Shown: positions 18,861 to 30,488 of the stretch, piece after piece
Layout of the letters: every line of letters starts with the position of its first letter
Position numbering within the stretch: the stretch's first letter is position 1
From: Alphaproteobacteria bacterium
Lineage (GTDB): Bacteria > Pseudomonadota > Alphaproteobacteria > UBA7887
Reading direction: 5' to 3'
DNA length: 64,000 bases
NCBI GenBank assembly: GCA_965216755.1
Contig: CBDCGL010000011.1
Coordinates: 1,504,001 to 1,568,000, forward strand
Program-made: the position numbers and the translations under genes
Notes under the pieces: model-generated
What the model was told of the DNA's origin: nothing
Databases searched by the model: none
The model's input: only the letters and a program-made list of their open reading frames with translations

Positions 18861-19150
18861 TCGTCACCCTTGCGATCGAGGATTTCACGCACTTTTTCGT
18901 CCTCCCATTCGCGCGTCAGCCATGGCAATCGTCGGAACACCACGGCCCAGTGAATGGCGAGCCCGACGCCCCACGCCAGAATGACAAGATGCAACTGACC
19001 ATCGCCCGGCGTCGCCGCGTCCAGCACTGCCAGGAGCAGAATCACGACGACAAAAACCGCGGCATGGGTATAGAAGCCGCGGACCGCACGCACATGCTTG
19101 CGCACACGGCGCTCTAGCTCATGGGTTTCGTGGGTCTCTTGATCGCTCAT
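18857..19150 (-). CDS. 2TM domain small membrane protein
   Basis: [10 protein letters not shown]...[12 protein letters not shown]...[10 protein letters not shown]. Confidence 0.8.
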   Translation of the reverse strand: MSDQETHETHELERRVRKHVRAVRGFYTHAAVFVVVILLLAVLDAATPGDGQLHLVILAWGVGLAIHWAVVFRRLPWLTREWEDEKVREILDRKGDD

Positions 19151-20679
19151 AACGGAATATTGTCGTGTTTCTTCGAAGGGTTCTCGAGCTTCTTGTCGCG
19201 CAGCAGACGCAACGACCGTCCAATGCGGCGGCGCGTGTTGCGCGGCATAATTACATCATCGATATATCCGCGGCTGGCTGCGACGAACGGATTGGCGAAC
19301 TTGTCACGATATTCTTGGGTGCGCCGCTCGACCGCCTCGGGATCATCAAGCGCGCCGCGAAAAATGATTTCCACTGCCCCCTTTGGCCCCATTACGGCGA
19401 TTTCCGATGAGGGCCAGGCGTAGTTGACGTCACCGCGCAAATGCTTGGAGCTCATCACGTCGTAGGCACCGCCGTAGGCTTTGCGCGTGATGACCGTAAC
19501 TTTCGGCACCGTTGCCTCGGCATACGCGAACAAGAGCTTGGCGCCATGTTTGATGATGCCGCCATACTCTTGAGCCGTGCCCGGCAAAAACCCCGGTACA
19601 TCGACAAAGGTAACAATGGGAATATGAAAGCAGTCGCAAAAACGAACAAAACGGGCCGCCTTTCGGGATGACTCGATGTCCAAGCAGCCCGCCAAAACCA
19701 ATGGCTGGTTGGCGACAATGCCAATCGTGTGTCCTTCCATGCGGCCAAATCCGGTGACGATGTTTGCGGCATAGTCGGGCATGATCTCGAAGAAATCGCC
19801 CTCATCGACGATTTTCTCGATTAACTCTTTGATGTCGTAAGGGCGATTTGGATTGGCCGGCACCAACGTATCGAGCGATGGTTCCGGCCGATCGATCGGG
19901 TCGTCAGTCGGCACAACCGGCGGTTTCTCGCGATTCGACAGCGGTAAGAAGTCGAAGAATCGCCTCGCACTGACCAATGCCTCAACGTCGTTTTCGAACG
20001 CGCGGTCGGCAACACCGGACTTGTGCGTATGGGTTACCGCGCCGCCCAGTTCCTCTTGAGTCACTTCTTCATGAGTGACGGTTTTGACCACATCGGGGCC
20101 CGTGACAAACATGTAGGACGAGTCCTTGACCATGAAGATGAAATCGGTCATGGCCGGTGAATACACCGCACCACCGGCACAGGGTCCCATCACCATCGAC
20201 AACTGCGGCACAACGCCGGACGCCAACACGTTGCGCTGAAAGACATCGGCATAGCCACCCAACGAGGCCACGCCTTCCTGAATTCGCGCGCCGCCGGAAT
20301 CGTTCAAGCCGATGACCGGCACCCCAACCTTTATCGCCTGTTCCATGACTTTGCAGATTTTCTCCGCATGCGCCTCGCTTAGGCTACCGCCGAACACCGT
20401 GAAATCCTGGCTGAAGACAAACACCGGACGGCCGTTGATCGTGCCATGACCAGTGATCACGCCATCACCGGGAATTCTTTGCTCATCCATGCCGAAATCC
20501 GCACAGCGGTGCTCGACGAACATGTCGTATTCCTCAAATGAGCCATCATCGAGCAGCAGCTCCAACCGCTCCCGCGCTGTCAGCTTGCCTTTGCCGTGTT
20601 GCGCCGCAATTCGGCGCTCGCCACCACCAATGCGGGCACGCTCTCGCCGGTCTTTGAGACCGCGGATAATATCCTTCAC
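19147..20679 (-). CDS. pccB: propionyl-CoA carboxylase beta subunit (carboxyltransferase)
   Basis: [51 protein letters not shown]. Confidence 0.93.
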   Translation of the reverse strand: MKDIIRGLKDRRERARIGGGERRIAAQHGKGKLTARERLELLLDDGSFEEYDMFVEHRCADFGMDEQRIPGDGVITGHGTINGRPVFVFSQDFTVFGGSLSEAHAEKICKVMEQAIKVGVPVIGLNDSGGARIQEGVASLGGYADVFQRNVLASGVVPQLSMVMGPCAGGAVYSPAMTDFIFMVKDSSYMFVTGPDVVKTVTHEEVTQEELGGAVTHTHKSGVADRAFENDVEALVSARRFFDFLPLSNREKPPVVPTDDPIDRPEPSLDTLVPANPNRPYDIKELIEKIVDEGDFFEIMPDYAANIVTGFGRMEGHTIGIVANQPLVLAGCLDIESSRKAARFVRFCDCFHIPIVTFVDVPGFLPGTAQEYGGIIKHGAKLLFAYAEATVPKVTVITRKAYGGAYDVMSSKHLRGDVNYAWPSSEIAVMGPKGAVEIIFRGALDDPEAVERRTQEYRDKFANPFVAASRGYIDDVIMPRNTRRRIGRSLRLLRDKKLENPSKKHDNIPL

Positions 20680-20742
20680 AGCTTCCTCCCTTTGGTTGGC
20701 GCCGTGATGTCTTTTATGGCGTGGTCCGTTGATTTGAACCAG

Positions 20743-21453
20743 TTAAGAATGACTCAAAGTCAGCAATCGGGCGGCTGCCATCAAGTCCGCGTGCACGTTC
20801 GCGCGCCGCGCGGCGGCTTCTGGGTCCTCGCCCCATTGCTCGGTCTGGAACGTCTCGTCGATTTGACTTGCTTGCCAAGCCGCTTCAGCCGAAAGGACTC
20901 CCTCTGCCAAACCCAGAGCCAGGCCGATCGAGCCCAGCGCAGCAGCGGCCGCGTGCAGCGCCGTCAAAGAGATCGGCTCATACCGACCGACAACGCGATG
21001 CAACGCATCGTTGAGCGCCCGGTCTTGTCGCACAGGCACGACGCCCGCAGTCACCCTCCAGTGGATATCCAGAGTCTCCGCCGCCCAATCCAAAACCGGC
21101 TGCCATGCAGCGGCTTGACGCTCGACGAGTGCCTCAGGGCCGTCGGCCCGGTAACACAAAAGATCTGTATCGCCATAGCGCACAATCTCATCGATAACCG
21201 CTTGTCTATGATCGGCGGTGTGATCGATGGCCGTGCAAACCAGGCGCGTCAACGGCATCGCCTCTGGGCGGACCTCACTCTTCTGATCGCCCCACTCCGC
21301 GGCGATGGCCTCGGCAAGGACCTCCGACGGCACCGCAAGAGGCCTCCGAGCCGGCGTTCGGACGGGCCTGTCGTCGAGGAAGACGCCAAATGCCGATGAG
21401 GTCGCGGACTCGGATAAGGGCGCCAGCGTGACGGACCGATAAAAACGCTTCAT
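20743..21453 (-). CDS. ATP12 family F1-ATPase assembly chaperone
   Basis: MKRFY, LD.RPVRTPAR, AIAAEW..Q, MPLTRL, DTDLLCYRA, IDE.FQ.EQWGED. Confidence 0.9.
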   Translation of the reverse strand: MKRFYRSVTLAPLSESATSSAFGVFLDDRPVRTPARRPLAVPSEVLAEAIAAEWGDQKSEVRPEAMPLTRLVCTAIDHTADHRQAVIDEIVRYGDTDLLCYRADGPEALVERQAAAWQPVLDWAAETLDIHWRVTAGVVPVRQDRALNDALHRVVGRYEPISLTALHAAAAALGSIGLALGLAEGVLSAEAAWQASQIDETFQTEQWGEDPEAAARRANVHADLMAAARLLTLSHS

Positions 21454-21455
21454 GG

Positions 21456-23096
21456 TCACCCGTTGGGGTCCGCATTTGCCGCGACGGGCACGCGCGGCGC
21501 CGGCAGCACGGCAGGCTGCGTGAGCGGGCCGACGACAATTGCCGCTGCTCGGTCGGAACCACTGTCCGGGTCAACGGCAACCGGGTTGACTTCGATATGC
21601 ATGATGCCGTCGTCCCAATCGACCGAACCGACGATACTAGCGAACACATCCGACGTACCCAGCGTGGCTTCTCGAATGACCGCGCGACCCCCAGCAATGA
21701 CCCAGCGACTGTTGAGATTCTCTATGTGAATTGCCTCGTCGCCATGTATCCAAGGCATCGCCAGCCGGGTGACCGGACCATAGGTGCGGCCGAATGCCGC
21801 GCTTGGCATGCGCATGCTCTCAGCCGCGATGGAAATGTTTCCCGCCAGGCCCGCAAGTATTGCATAAACGCTCGTCCCCGCACCGGCAAGTCCGGCATGG
21901 ACACGGATCGTGCCGGCCCAAGGATCCGGCGCCATTCGGCTCGCTGCGGCTAAGTCGACGTCATCAATAATCAGGGACAGGTCAACCAAAGGAACGGGGC
22001 CCTGGTTGTCGAGCCGAAACGCGCCCGTGATCGGGCCGCCAACACCATCCGCAACCGAGAACTCGATACGTGCCCTTTTGTCAGCGACAATCGCCTTGAC
22101 CGAAGCCCCGGACATAGCGAAGGCGCCGGCTTGAAAATTCTCGGCCGCCAAGCGCACCCGATATGAAACACGTTGACCGAAATCTGTCGGCAGCGCCAGA
22201 TCGGCAAAACCCAGCCGGCCTCGAACAAGTTCACGTCGCGTGCGTTCGGTTTCCTGGTCCTGATCGCCACGCGAAGCCGTATCGCGCGCCGTCACGCCGA
22301 AATCGTCCAATCGCATAGTTGCGCCAGACAAATCGGCCGCGACGTGAATTCTGTCCAGGGGCCCGCGGATCGATGCCGATCCTGTCAGCATCGTCTCGCC
22401 CAATGCTACAATCAGCTTCGAAATCCGTAATCCGGATGAATGCTCGGCCGACCCTTGTCGTCCGCCACCCGTAACCTCACCCGATATGGATGCCGAACGC
22501 CCCGCAATGTTGCCTTCAAACGCAATCCGCCGCCGACCGGCCAAGCCCAATCTGTCGAGCCGCAAATGCCGCGCGTAAACGACCGCTGTATGCGCCGAAC
22601 CTCGACCATTTGTTAAATGCATCGTGCCACCGCGCGCGATCAAGGTTGGCGGTAACCGCCAAAGCCAGGCCGTTGCGGACGCGATATCACCGGGATGCGC
22701 AAGAACATGATCAAGATCCGAAGATTGCCTCCGAATCCGCAATAACGGTCGGTCCAATTCCAGCCGACTGATGACGACCCGCCCGAGGATCAGGTCTCCG
22801 AGGGCGATACCGGCCCGCAAGCCGGAAGCCGACAAATGCTGTAGGCCGCTTTGGCCGGGAAGACCCTCAACAGCGACACCATCGGCCAACAAGTGTGGTG
22901 CGGGCCACAAAGACAAACGCACTTCGCCAGTCACGACCGAGCGCGCACCGAACAACGCCACCAGCCGCCCCTCGAGCATACGGTGCAGAAGTGTTGGTTC
23001 CACCCGAGACATGAACCACGGTCGCGACGTCACAATCAGGCCGGCCACAGCGGCAAGCAGCAAGACCCCAGCCAGCGCCGAAGCGCCACGCAACAT
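21456..23096 (-). CDS. AsmA family protein
   Basis: N-terminal TM helix, beta-rich body (G.V.LSLWP.P.L..., L.L.RP.L); conserved position between the HAD and ATP12 genes. Confidence 0.65.
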   Translation of the reverse strand: MLRGASALAGVLLLAAVAGLIVTSRPWFMSRVEPTLLHRMLEGRLVALFGARSVVTGEVRLSLWPAPHLLADGVAVEGLPGQSGLQHLSASGLRAGIALGDLILGRVVISRLELDRPLLRIRRQSSDLDHVLAHPGDIASATAWLWRLPPTLIARGGTMHLTNGRGSAHTAVVYARHLRLDRLGLAGRRRIAFEGNIAGRSASISGEVTGGGRQGSAEHSSGLRISKLIVALGETMLTGSASIRGPLDRIHVAADLSGATMRLDDFGVTARDTASRGDQDQETERTRRELVRGRLGFADLALPTDFGQRVSYRVRLAAENFQAGAFAMSGASVKAIVADKRARIEFSVADGVGGPITGAFRLDNQGPVPLVDLSLIIDDVDLAAASRMAPDPWAGTIRVHAGLAGAGTSVYAILAGLAGNISIAAESMRMPSAAFGRTYGPVTRLAMPWIHGDEAIHIENLNSRWVIAGGRAVIREATLGTSDVFASIVGSVDWDDGIMHIEVNPVAVDPDSGSDRAAAIVVGPLTQPAVLPAPRVPVAANADPNG

Positions 23097-23098
23097 GG

Positions 23099-23779
23099 TC
23101 AGCGCGACCCCAAGACGCGTTCAACAACGCGGTCCAAGTCGTCGAATCGTTCGATGATTTCCAGGGCGCCGGCCGCCAACAATTCGGTCGGTGGATGGTT
23201 GCCCCATGTGACACCGATGGCATGAGCCCCGGCGCGACGTGCCATTTCAACATCGTAGCAGGTATCGCCAACCACCAATGTTTCATGCGGCTTAACGCCG
23301 ACCGCAGTCATTGCCATTTGAACCATAACCGGACTCGGCTTGCTCGGGGCCCTATCGCCCGTCTGCATTGTATGAAAATGGTCACGCAAACCGAAATGAT
23401 CCAGGGTCCTTTGCAATCCTCGTTGTGACTTTCCGGTGGCAATGCCCAAAAAATATCCGTCGCTTGCCAAGCGCCCTACCGCGTCCGCCGCGCCCGGAAA
23501 TAGAGTTTCCGCGCGCCGGTTATCCGAAACCGCCGACAGAAACGCCCGTTTATACTGCGCCGCAAGAGCTTCACATGCATGCGGCGGCAAGCCAGGCTCT
23601 AGGACTGCCACGGCATCAATCAGCGATAGACCCACGATTCGTCGTATGGCCGCGGCCGGCGGTGGATCATATTCCAATTGCGCGAAAGCCGCGATCATGG
23701 CTGTGGCAATGACATGATGGCTATCAACAAGTGTCCCATCGACGTCAAATACGACCAGGGTCATGTCCGACCTCTTCAC
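23099..23779 (-). CDS. HAD-IA family hydrolase (phosphoglycolate phosphatase-like)
   Basis: FDVDGTLVDS, IATGKS, SKPSP, VVGDT.YD. Confidence 0.9.
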   Translation of the reverse strand: MKRSDMTLVVFDVDGTLVDSHHVIATAMIAAFAQLEYDPPPAAAIRRIVGLSLIDAVAVLEPGLPPHACEALAAQYKRAFLSAVSDNRRAETLFPGAADAVGRLASDGYFLGIATGKSQRGLQRTLDHFGLRDHFHTMQTGDRAPSKPSPVMVQMAMTAVGVKPHETLVVGDTCYDVEMARRAGAHAIGVTWGNHPPTELLAAGALEIIERFDDLDRVVERVLGSR

Positions 23780-24759
23780 CGCCGCTCCGATCGGTCAGCG
23801 CGCGCGGCCGGGTCAAAGCCCAGTGCGTCAAACGTGACCTTCATGTGTTCTGGCAGTGGTGCGGTGAATGTCTTGGCAGGTCCACGGGGCATGGGCACAG
23901 TCAAACGCCGCGCGTGAAGATGTAGAGTCTTAGCCAATGGCAGATCGGCCAGAAATGCGGCACGGCCCCCATACTTGCCATCGCCCAGGATCGGCGTGCC
24001 AATCGCAGTGCAGTGTACGCGCAATTGATGGGTGCGCCCGCTGAGCGGATGCAAGGCAACCAGAGCGGCGGCATTGCCCGCCTTGTCCAGCACCTGATAT
24101 CGGGTCGTCGCAACGCGACCTTCGTGCGCCACGACGACGCGCTCGCGAGCGCCAGCATCTGATTTCTTGCCGAGCGAAAGGCGAACCTCACCATGTTCAG
24201 GCTGCGGAACGCCGACCGTGACAGCCCAATAGAGCTTAGTGACTTCTCGGCCACGCCAGGCCTTGCCGAACCAAGCGGCGGCTTGGGGACTGCGCGCCAG
24301 CAGCAATATGCCAGATGTATCCTTGTCCAATCGATGAACAAGATGCGGTTTTGACACGTCCAACGACTCCGCAACGGCGCGCATGATGGCATCGACGTGA
24401 CGATGCTGGCCACTGCCACCTTGCGTCGCAAGGCCCGCCGGCTTGTCGATAACAATCAAATCGGCATCTTGATAGAGGATCCGCCGCTGGAGGGCGGCAA
24501 TATCAGCTTCGCGCACCGGGGAGAGCGACCTCTGTCGCGCCCCGGCATCAGGTTTGCGTGGCATAGGCGGAACCCGAACAGTTTGGCCCGGCACCAAACG
24601 GTCACTGGGCTTGACCCGATGGCCATCGACGCGCACCTGGCCGGAACGAATGAGTTTTTGCACGAATGTTCGGCTCAAGTCCGGGTAGTGGCGCGCAAAC
24701 CAGCGATCAAGTCGGATGTTCGCCTCGTCGGTGGCCACGGCGACCGTTTGCACACTCAC
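23776..24759 (-). CDS. RluA family pseudouridine synthase with S4 domain (RluC-like)
   Basis: RLDRWF S4 domain; KPAGLATQGG, LVHRLDKDTSG, GRTHQLRVH, PILGDGKYG. Confidence 0.92.
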   Translation of the reverse strand: MSVQTVAVATDEANIRLDRWFARHYPDLSRTFVQKLIRSGQVRVDGHRVKPSDRLVPGQTVRVPPMPRKPDAGARQRSLSPVREADIAALQRRILYQDADLIVIDKPAGLATQGGSGQHRHVDAIMRAVAESLDVSKPHLVHRLDKDTSGILLLARSPQAAAWFGKAWRGREVTKLYWAVTVGVPQPEHGEVRLSLGKKSDAGARERVVVAHEGRVATTRYQVLDKAGNAAALVALHPLSGRTHQLRVHCTAIGTPILGDGKYGGRAAFLADLPLAKTLHLHARRLTVPMPRGPAKTFTAPLPEHMKVTFDALGFDPAARADRSERR

Positions 24760-25142
24760 GATGCGAGCAAGCTCCGCAAAACGTATAAACCGGCGAGGAG
24801 GCCGGCGACCGACAACAGCACCGACGCCACGACGTAAGCTGCCGCCTGACTAAACGCACCGCGTTCATATAGGACATAGACATCCAGAGAGAATGTCGAA
24901 AACGTCGTGAAACTGCCCAAGAAACCGATCGCGATAAGCGCCCGCAATTCCGGCGATGGTGACCAAATCAGCGCGCTGGCCTCGACAAAAGCGCCCATAG
25001 CGAACGAGCCAACAACATTCACACACAAAGTTCCCCAGGGAAAGGTGAGGCCGAACCACTGCCCGACGTTTGCCATGACGGCATAGCGTGCCACTGCGCC
25101 AAGGGCTCCGCCGGCGGCAATGGCCAATAGCTGGTTCACCAC
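24756..25142 (-). CDS. crcB: fluoride efflux channel CrcB/Fluc
   Basis: GGALGAVARY, FPWGTL.VN..GSF, GFLGSFTTFSTF. Confidence 0.95.
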   Translation of the reverse strand: MVNQLLAIAAGGALGAVARYAVMANVGQWFGLTFPWGTLCVNVVGSFAMGAFVEASALIWSPSPELRALIAIGFLGSFTTFSTFSLDVYVLYERGAFSQAAAYVVASVLLSVAGLLAGLYVLRSLLAS

Positions 25143-25148
25143 ACCAAC

Positions 25149-26477
25149 CTAGATCTGCGGCTCTGTGTCAGTGTTGCCGCCGCGCTCCCGCGACCGACGC
25201 CAGTAGTCGAGCCGTTTGCCGACTTCACGTTCAAACCCACGCGCAATTGGACGATAATAAAAGCGTCGATCCATAGTTTCGGGAAAGTAGTCTTGGCCAG
25301 AGAATCCACCTTCGGTGTCGTGATCATATTGATAGCCGTCCGCGTATCCCAACGACTTCATCAATGTGGTGGGCGCATTGAGAATATGCTTCGGCGGCAT
25401 CAATGAGCCGGTCTCCCGCGCGTCACGGGTCGCCGCCCCAAAGGCCTTGTACGTAGCATTCGATTTTGGCGCGGTTGCTAAATAGATCACCGCTTGCGCA
25501 AGCGCCAGCTCACCCTCAGGGCTGCCGATAAATGCAATCGCATCCTTGGCCGCAATCGCCTGAACGAGAGCCTGAGGATCGGCCAATCCAACGTCCTCGG
25601 AGGCAAATCTGATCAGTCGACGCGCGATGTAAAGTGGTTCCTCGCCGGCAACAAGCATGCGCGCCAACCAATATAGCGCCGCGTCCACGTCGGAGCCACG
25701 CAGGCTCTTGTGCAATGCGCTGATCAGATTGTAGTGGCCATCCTGTGCCTTGTCGTATATCGGGGCGCGTTGCTGCACAAGGTGCACCAAATCGGCCGTA
25801 TCCAAGACGGTTTCGCCGTCGTGTTCATAAACGCGTTCGACCAAGTTGAGTAGATACCGGCCATCGCCATCCGCCATGGCGTGCAACGCACTTGACGCGC
25901 CATCGGTCAGGGGCAATGGCCGCCCGACGTCGGCCTCCGCCCGCCGGATCAGTTTGCTGAGTGCTGCATCATCAAGTCGGCGAAGAACCAACACCTGGCA
26001 TCGCGATAGCAGCGCGGCATTGAGCTCGAACGAGGGATTTTCTGTCGTTGCACCAACAAGCGTTACGGTGCCGTCCTCGACGTGGGGCAGCAATGCATCT
26101 TGTTGGGCGCGATTGAAGCGATGAATTTCGTCAAGGAACAGCAACGTGCCATGGCCAGCCAAACGGCGTTCTCGGGCGCGCTCGAACACCTTGCGTAAAT
26201 CGGGAACGCCCGCAAACACAGCGCTCAATGGCTCGAAAGATAGATCGCCGGTATGGGCTAAGAGCCGCGCGATAGTCGTCTTGCCGCATCCTGGCGGCCC
26301 CCAAAGAACAACAGACGCGAGGCTGCCGGTGGCAACCGCACGCCCGATCGGGCCATCTACCCCAAGCAAATGGTCTTGCCCGACAACTTCCGAAAGCGAT
26401 ACCGGGCGCAAGCGATCGGCCAGCGGGCGCGGCGCCGCCTTATCGAGGCCTGCAGCGTCAAACAGCGATGCCATCAA
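25149..26477 (-). CDS. rarA: replication-associated recombination protein A
   Basis: PLADRLRP, WGPPGCGKTT, DEIHRFNRAQQD, GATTENPSF, ISALHKS.RGSD. Confidence 0.95.
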   Translation of the reverse strand: MMASLFDAAGLDKAAPRPLADRLRPVSLSEVVGQDHLLGVDGPIGRAVATGSLASVVLWGPPGCGKTTIARLLAHTGDLSFEPLSAVFAGVPDLRKVFERARERRLAGHGTLLFLDEIHRFNRAQQDALLPHVEDGTVTLVGATTENPSFELNAALLSRCQVLVLRRLDDAALSKLIRRAEADVGRPLPLTDGASSALHAMADGDGRYLLNLVERVYEHDGETVLDTADLVHLVQQRAPIYDKAQDGHYNLISALHKSLRGSDVDAALYWLARMLVAGEEPLYIARRLIRFASEDVGLADPQALVQAIAAKDAIAFIGSPEGELALAQAVIYLATAPKSNATYKAFGAATRDARETGSLMPPKHILNAPTTLMKSLGYADGYQYDHDTEGGFSGQDYFPETMDRRFYYRPIARGFEREVGKRLDYWRRSRERGGNTDTEPQI

Positions 26478-27973
26478 ATGCGCACGACCACACTGCGCTC
26501 CCGCCCGTCACGCAAAATCACCACCTCCCATTGCTCCGCGGGTTGTGAGAGCACCTCGGCAAGAGTTGCCGTCGTATCGATCTCGACGCCATCAATACGC
26601 ATGATGACATCGCCGGGCTTGAGACCAATTTGGGCCGCATACCCGCTTTCAACTTTCAAGGTGATCACGCCCGACGAATCCATATCGAGGTCGAGTTCCT
26701 GGGCAAAAGCCGGCGACAAATTGCCAACCGTCGCCCCCGCCAACGGCTGCGTACCGGTGAGCACGCGCACGTCGCGAGGCGGATCTTCGGGCGGCGCGAT
26801 CAGCGGCACGTCGACCGTGATATCCTCGCCGCGCCGGCGCACGGTTAGCGTGACAGTTCCGCCGATGCCGCGCGTGGCCACCCGGTAGGAGAGCCCTTGG
26901 GGATCGAAAATCTCGCGACCATCAACCAACAACACCACATCGCCGACTTCTAGCCCCGCGGATCGCACAGGGCTCTTGGCGTGAATCCAGTTGACCAACA
27001 CGCCAAGCGGTCTCACCAACCCGATTGAATCAGCAATATCTTGGGTGACTGGCTGGCTTTCGATTCCCAGCCACGGGCGCGTGGGACGCCCACCGGCGGC
27101 AATCCCGGCGACGACAACACGAACAAGGTTTGATGGAATGGCAAAACCGATCCCGATCGAGCCGCCGCTTCTGGAGAAGATCGCCGTATTGATCCCGACC
27201 AGCTTACCGTCTGAAGTGACCAATGCACCGCCCGAGTTGCCCGGGTTTATGGCCGCGTCGGTTTGAATGAAAGACGCGACATCGCTGACACCAACGCCCG
27301 TGCGCGCCAACGCCGAAATGATGCCGCTGGTAACGGTCTTACCTACGCCAAAAGGGTTTCCAATGGCCAAGACGAGATCGCCGACCTCAAGTTCATCCGA
27401 ATTCGCAAGTTCAAGATACGGCAATATCTCGCCGTTGGTTTCGATGTTCAGGACAGCCAAGTCAGAGGATTCGTCAACACCGACAACGGTTGCGTCAAAT
27501 TCGCGCCGGTCGCTGAGAGCGACGGTGATCTCATCGCTATTCTCAATGACGTGGTGATTGGTGACGATCAAGCCATCGGCCTGTATGACGACGCCCGAAC
27601 CAAGTGAGTTTTGCACGCGCTCGCGCGGCATGCCGAACAGCCGCTCATCGAAGAACTGGCCAAAGAACGGATCATCCATGAATGGCAGGATTGGCCGCGC
27701 GCGCACCGTGCGTTGCGCGTAGATATTGACTACGGCCGGCGCCGTGGCGCGCACCGTAGGCGCATAAGACAGCCGGACATGATCGAACGACTCGGGTACA
27801 ACCCGATCTTGGGCCGCGCCTGGCCAGCTTACGGCCGATACCACAAATATGGTCGCAAGAATCCATCGCACGGCACCATTCAAGCGCACGCCAATGTCCC
27901 AACGCACAAAGGGCAGCCCATCCCGGACTGCCCCCCTTTGACCGTCTTTGCGTACGTCGGCCAATTTGTTCAA
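26474..27973 (-). CDS. Do/DegQ family serine endoprotease with two PDZ domains (true start probably later, e.g. GTG 27871)
   Basis: [32 protein letters not shown], two PDZ (GDV) motifs. Confidence 0.92.
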   Translation of the reverse strand: MNKLADVRKDGQRGAVRDGLPFVRWDIGVRLNGAVRWILATIFVVSAVSWPGAAQDRVVPESFDHVRLSYAPTVRATAPAVVNIYAQRTVRARPILPFMDDPFFGQFFDERLFGMPRERVQNSLGSGVVIQADGLIVTNHHVIENSDEITVALSDRREFDATVVGVDESSDLAVLNIETNGEILPYLELANSDELEVGDLVLAIGNPFGVGKTVTSGIISALARTGVGVSDVASFIQTDAAINPGNSGGALVTSDGKLVGINTAIFSRSGGSIGIGFAIPSNLVRVVVAGIAAGGRPTRPWLGIESQPVTQDIADSIGLVRPLGVLVNWIHAKSPVRSAGLEVGDVVLLVDGREIFDPQGLSYRVATRGIGGTVTLTVRRRGEDITVDVPLIAPPEDPPRDVRVLTGTQPLAGATVGNLSPAFAQELDLDMDSSGVITLKVESGYAAQIGLKPGDVIMRIDGVEIDTTATLAEVLSQPAEQWEVVILRDGRERSVVVRI

Positions 27974-28398
27974 TCGGCGCCTTCCTCTTCGCTCTCGTCC
28001 TCGGCAACCGGCCCAGAATCCTGTCCCTTCGCATCCGGATCCCGATCGACAAGTTCGATAATCGCCATCGGTGCAGCATCGCCATAACGCATGCCCGCAC
28101 GCAAGACCCGTGTGTAGCCACCTTGCCGTTCCGCGTAGCGATCCTTCAGCGTGGTAAACAGCTTATCGACTATCTTCGTGTCGCCACCCAACTTCGCCAG
28201 CGCTTGACGTCTGGCATGCAAAGTACCGCGCTTACCGAGCGTTATCAGGCGATCCGCCACGGGCCGCAAGTCTTTGGCCTTGGGCACCGTCGTCGTGATC
28301 TGCTCATGTTTCAGCAGCGCCGCGGCCATGTTCGAGAACATTGCCTTTCGATGTGCGCTGGTCCGGTTGAGTTTACGGCCACTAAGCCGATGACGCAT
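27970..28398 (-). CDS. rplQ: 50S ribosomal protein L17
   Basis: [20 protein letters not shown]...GGYTR. Confidence 0.98.
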   Translation of the reverse strand: MRHRLSGRKLNRTSAHRKAMFSNMAAALLKHEQITTTVPKAKDLRPVADRLITLGKRGTLHARRQALAKLGGDTKIVDKLFTTLKDRYAERQGGYTRVLRAGMRYGDAAPMAIIELVDRDPDAKGQDSGPVAEDESEEEGAD

Positions 28399-28469
28399 GA
28401 CGAAATCCCCTGTTAGTCCTCGCGACCGAATTTGCCCTGAAGACGACCTTAGGTGATGTGTTACAGCTT

Positions 28470-29486
28470 CTAGAACGGCTCTTCCAGTCGTTTGGCCATC
28501 TCTTCGATGTTCTCCGGCGGCCAGTCGGGGATTTGCATCCCCAAATGAAGCCCCATTTGTTGCAGGACTTCTTTGATTTCATTGAGAGACTTCCGACCAA
28601 AATTCGGCGTCCGCAACATCTCCGCCTCAGTCTTTTGAACCAAATCGCCGATGTAAATTATGTTGTCGTTCTTAAGGCAGTTCGCCGAGCGGACAGAAAG
28701 CTCCAGCTCGTCAACCTTACGCAGCAAATTCGGATTGAAAGCCGGTTCATGGGCCATTTCCTCACGCTGCTCGGCGCTCGGTTCTTCGAAGTTGATGAAC
28801 AGGATCAGTTGGTCCGAGACAATCCGCGCCGCCAACGCAACCGCATCTTCAGGCCTCACCGTTCCGTCGGTTTCAACCCGCATCGACAACTTGTCATAGT
28901 CGGTGACTTGTCCAACGCGGGTATTTTCAACTTTGTAACTTACTTTGCGCACGGGGCTATAAAGCGAGTCGATGGGAATCAGGCCAATCGGCGCATCCGC
29001 TGGCAAATTCTGAGACGCGGGCACGTAGCCCTTGCCCGTCTCCACAGTCATCTCAAATTGGACATTTGCATCTTTGTCCAATGTACAGATGACCAATTCC
29101 GGATTCATAATTTCGATATCATGACCGGTTTCAATTTGGCCGGCAGTGACTTCGCCCGGCCCTGTAGCTTTCAATGAAATCCTTTTCGGACCGTCACCAT
29201 GCATGCGCAAAGCAACGCTCTTCAGGTTCAACACGATGTCCGTCACATCCTCACGGACGCCGGAAATGGACGAAAACTCGTGCAGAACCCCGTCAATCCG
29301 CAGCGACGTGATCGCCGAACCGCGCAGGCTCGACAATAGAACGCGCCGCAAGGCATTGCCCAATGTCAGACCGAAGCCCCGTTCCAGCGGCTCGGCGACG
29401 ACTGTCCCAATGCGAGACGGTTTTTCACCGGCCTGAATGTCCAGCTTCGAGGGCTTGATCAGCTCCTGCCAGTTCTTTTGAATCAC
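28470..29486 (-). CDS. rpoA: RNA polymerase alpha subunit
   Basis: [39 protein letters not shown]; AAGGA RBS before GTG 29486. Confidence 0.98.
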   Translation of the reverse strand: MIQKNWQELIKPSKLDIQAGEKPSRIGTVVAEPLERGFGLTLGNALRRVLLSSLRGSAITSLRIDGVLHEFSSISGVREDVTDIVLNLKSVALRMHGDGPKRISLKATGPGEVTAGQIETGHDIEIMNPELVICTLDKDANVQFEMTVETGKGYVPASQNLPADAPIGLIPIDSLYSPVRKVSYKVENTRVGQVTDYDKLSMRVETDGTVRPEDAVALAARIVSDQLILFINFEEPSAEQREEMAHEPAFNPNLLRKVDELELSVRSANCLKNDNIIYIGDLVQKTEAEMLRTPNFGRKSLNEIKEVLQQMGLHLGMQIPDWPPENIEEMAKRLEEPF

Positions 29487-29610
29487 AGCATATTCCTTAG
29501 CGATGTCAGAATCCTCTTTGTCGCCACTCCACCTCGGCGTGGCGATCCTAAGACGCTCATGGCCCAATCACGCGGGCCCTGGTCAGTGGCACGTCCCGTT
29601 GCGCGGCGCT

Positions 29611-30003
29611 CTATACGCGCCGTCTCTTTGGTGGCCGACATCCATTGTGTGGAATCGGCGTCACATCACGGATACTGGTTATGGTGAACCCCGCAGCCTG
29701 AAGGGCACGCAACGCCGCCTCTCGGCCAGAGCCTGGTCCACGGACTTCGACCTCCAAAGTCTTCACACCATGCTCAGCGGCCTTTCTGCCAGCAGCCTCG
29801 GCCGCCATCTGTGCCGCATAGGGTGTCGACTTTCGTGATCCCTTGAAACCCTGAGATCCCGCCGACGACCAAGAAATCGCGTTTCCTTGCACGTCTGTTA
29901 TCGTAATGAGCGTGTTGTTGAAAGTCGCATTGACGTGCGCGACACCTGACGTGATATTCTTCCTTTCACGCCGCCGCACGCGACCACTTGGTTCTTTCGC
30001 CAT
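29611..30003 (-). CDS. rpsK: 30S ribosomal protein S11
   Basis: [34 protein letters not shown]. Confidence 0.98.
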   Translation of the reverse strand: MAKEPSGRVRRRERKNITSGVAHVNATFNNTLITITDVQGNAISWSSAGSQGFKGSRKSTPYAAQMAAEAAGRKAAEHGVKTLEVEVRGPGSGREAALRALQAAGFTITSIRDVTPIPHNGCRPPKRRRV

Positions 30004-30027
30004 ACCCTACCTGTTCTTATATGGTGA

Positions 30028-30399
30028 TTAAGCCTTTTTCTTGCCAGCAATTGGCTTGGCACGGCCTTTGCGCGTGCGCGCATTGGTGTGAGTTCGCTGC
30101 CCGCGCGCGGGCAAGCTGCGTCTGTGACGCAGTCCTCGGTAACACCCCAAATCCATCAGGCGCTTGATGTTCATGGCGGTATCGCGGCGAAGATCACCTT
30201 CGACCCGATAATCACCATCGATGATTTCGCGTATCCGCGCGACTTCGCTGTCCGTCATCTGACTCACCCGCCGCGCCTCCGGCAGACCAGCTTTGTCACA
30301 GATTTCTTGGGCCTTGGTGCGGCCGATTCCGAATATATATGTCAGCGCAATATGAACGCGCTTGTTCGTCGGAATATTGACTCCGGCGATACGTGCCAC
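30028..30399 (-). CDS. rpsM: 30S ribosomal protein S13
   Basis: [31 protein letters not shown]. Confidence 0.98.
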   Translation of the reverse strand: MARIAGVNIPTNKRVHIALTYIFGIGRTKAQEICDKAGLPEARRVSQMTDSEVARIREIIDGDYRVEGDLRRDTAMNIKRLMDLGCYRGLRHRRSLPARGQRTHTNARTRKGRAKPIAGKKKA

Positions 30400-30460
30400 T
30401 GCGAGATCTCCCTAAGAAAGCTCACCGCCGGGCCGTTTCGGCTCGGGGAGAGCGTTGCAC

Positions 30461-30488
30461 ACTATAAGTGAAAGCTCCAACCAGTCAA
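30461..30488 (-). promoter_or_regulatory. candidate sigma70 promoter for rpsM-rpsK-rpoA-rplQ
   Basis: Minus strand TTGACT-N16-TATAGT, followed by a GAAA-loop hairpin before rpsM. Confidence 0.5.
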
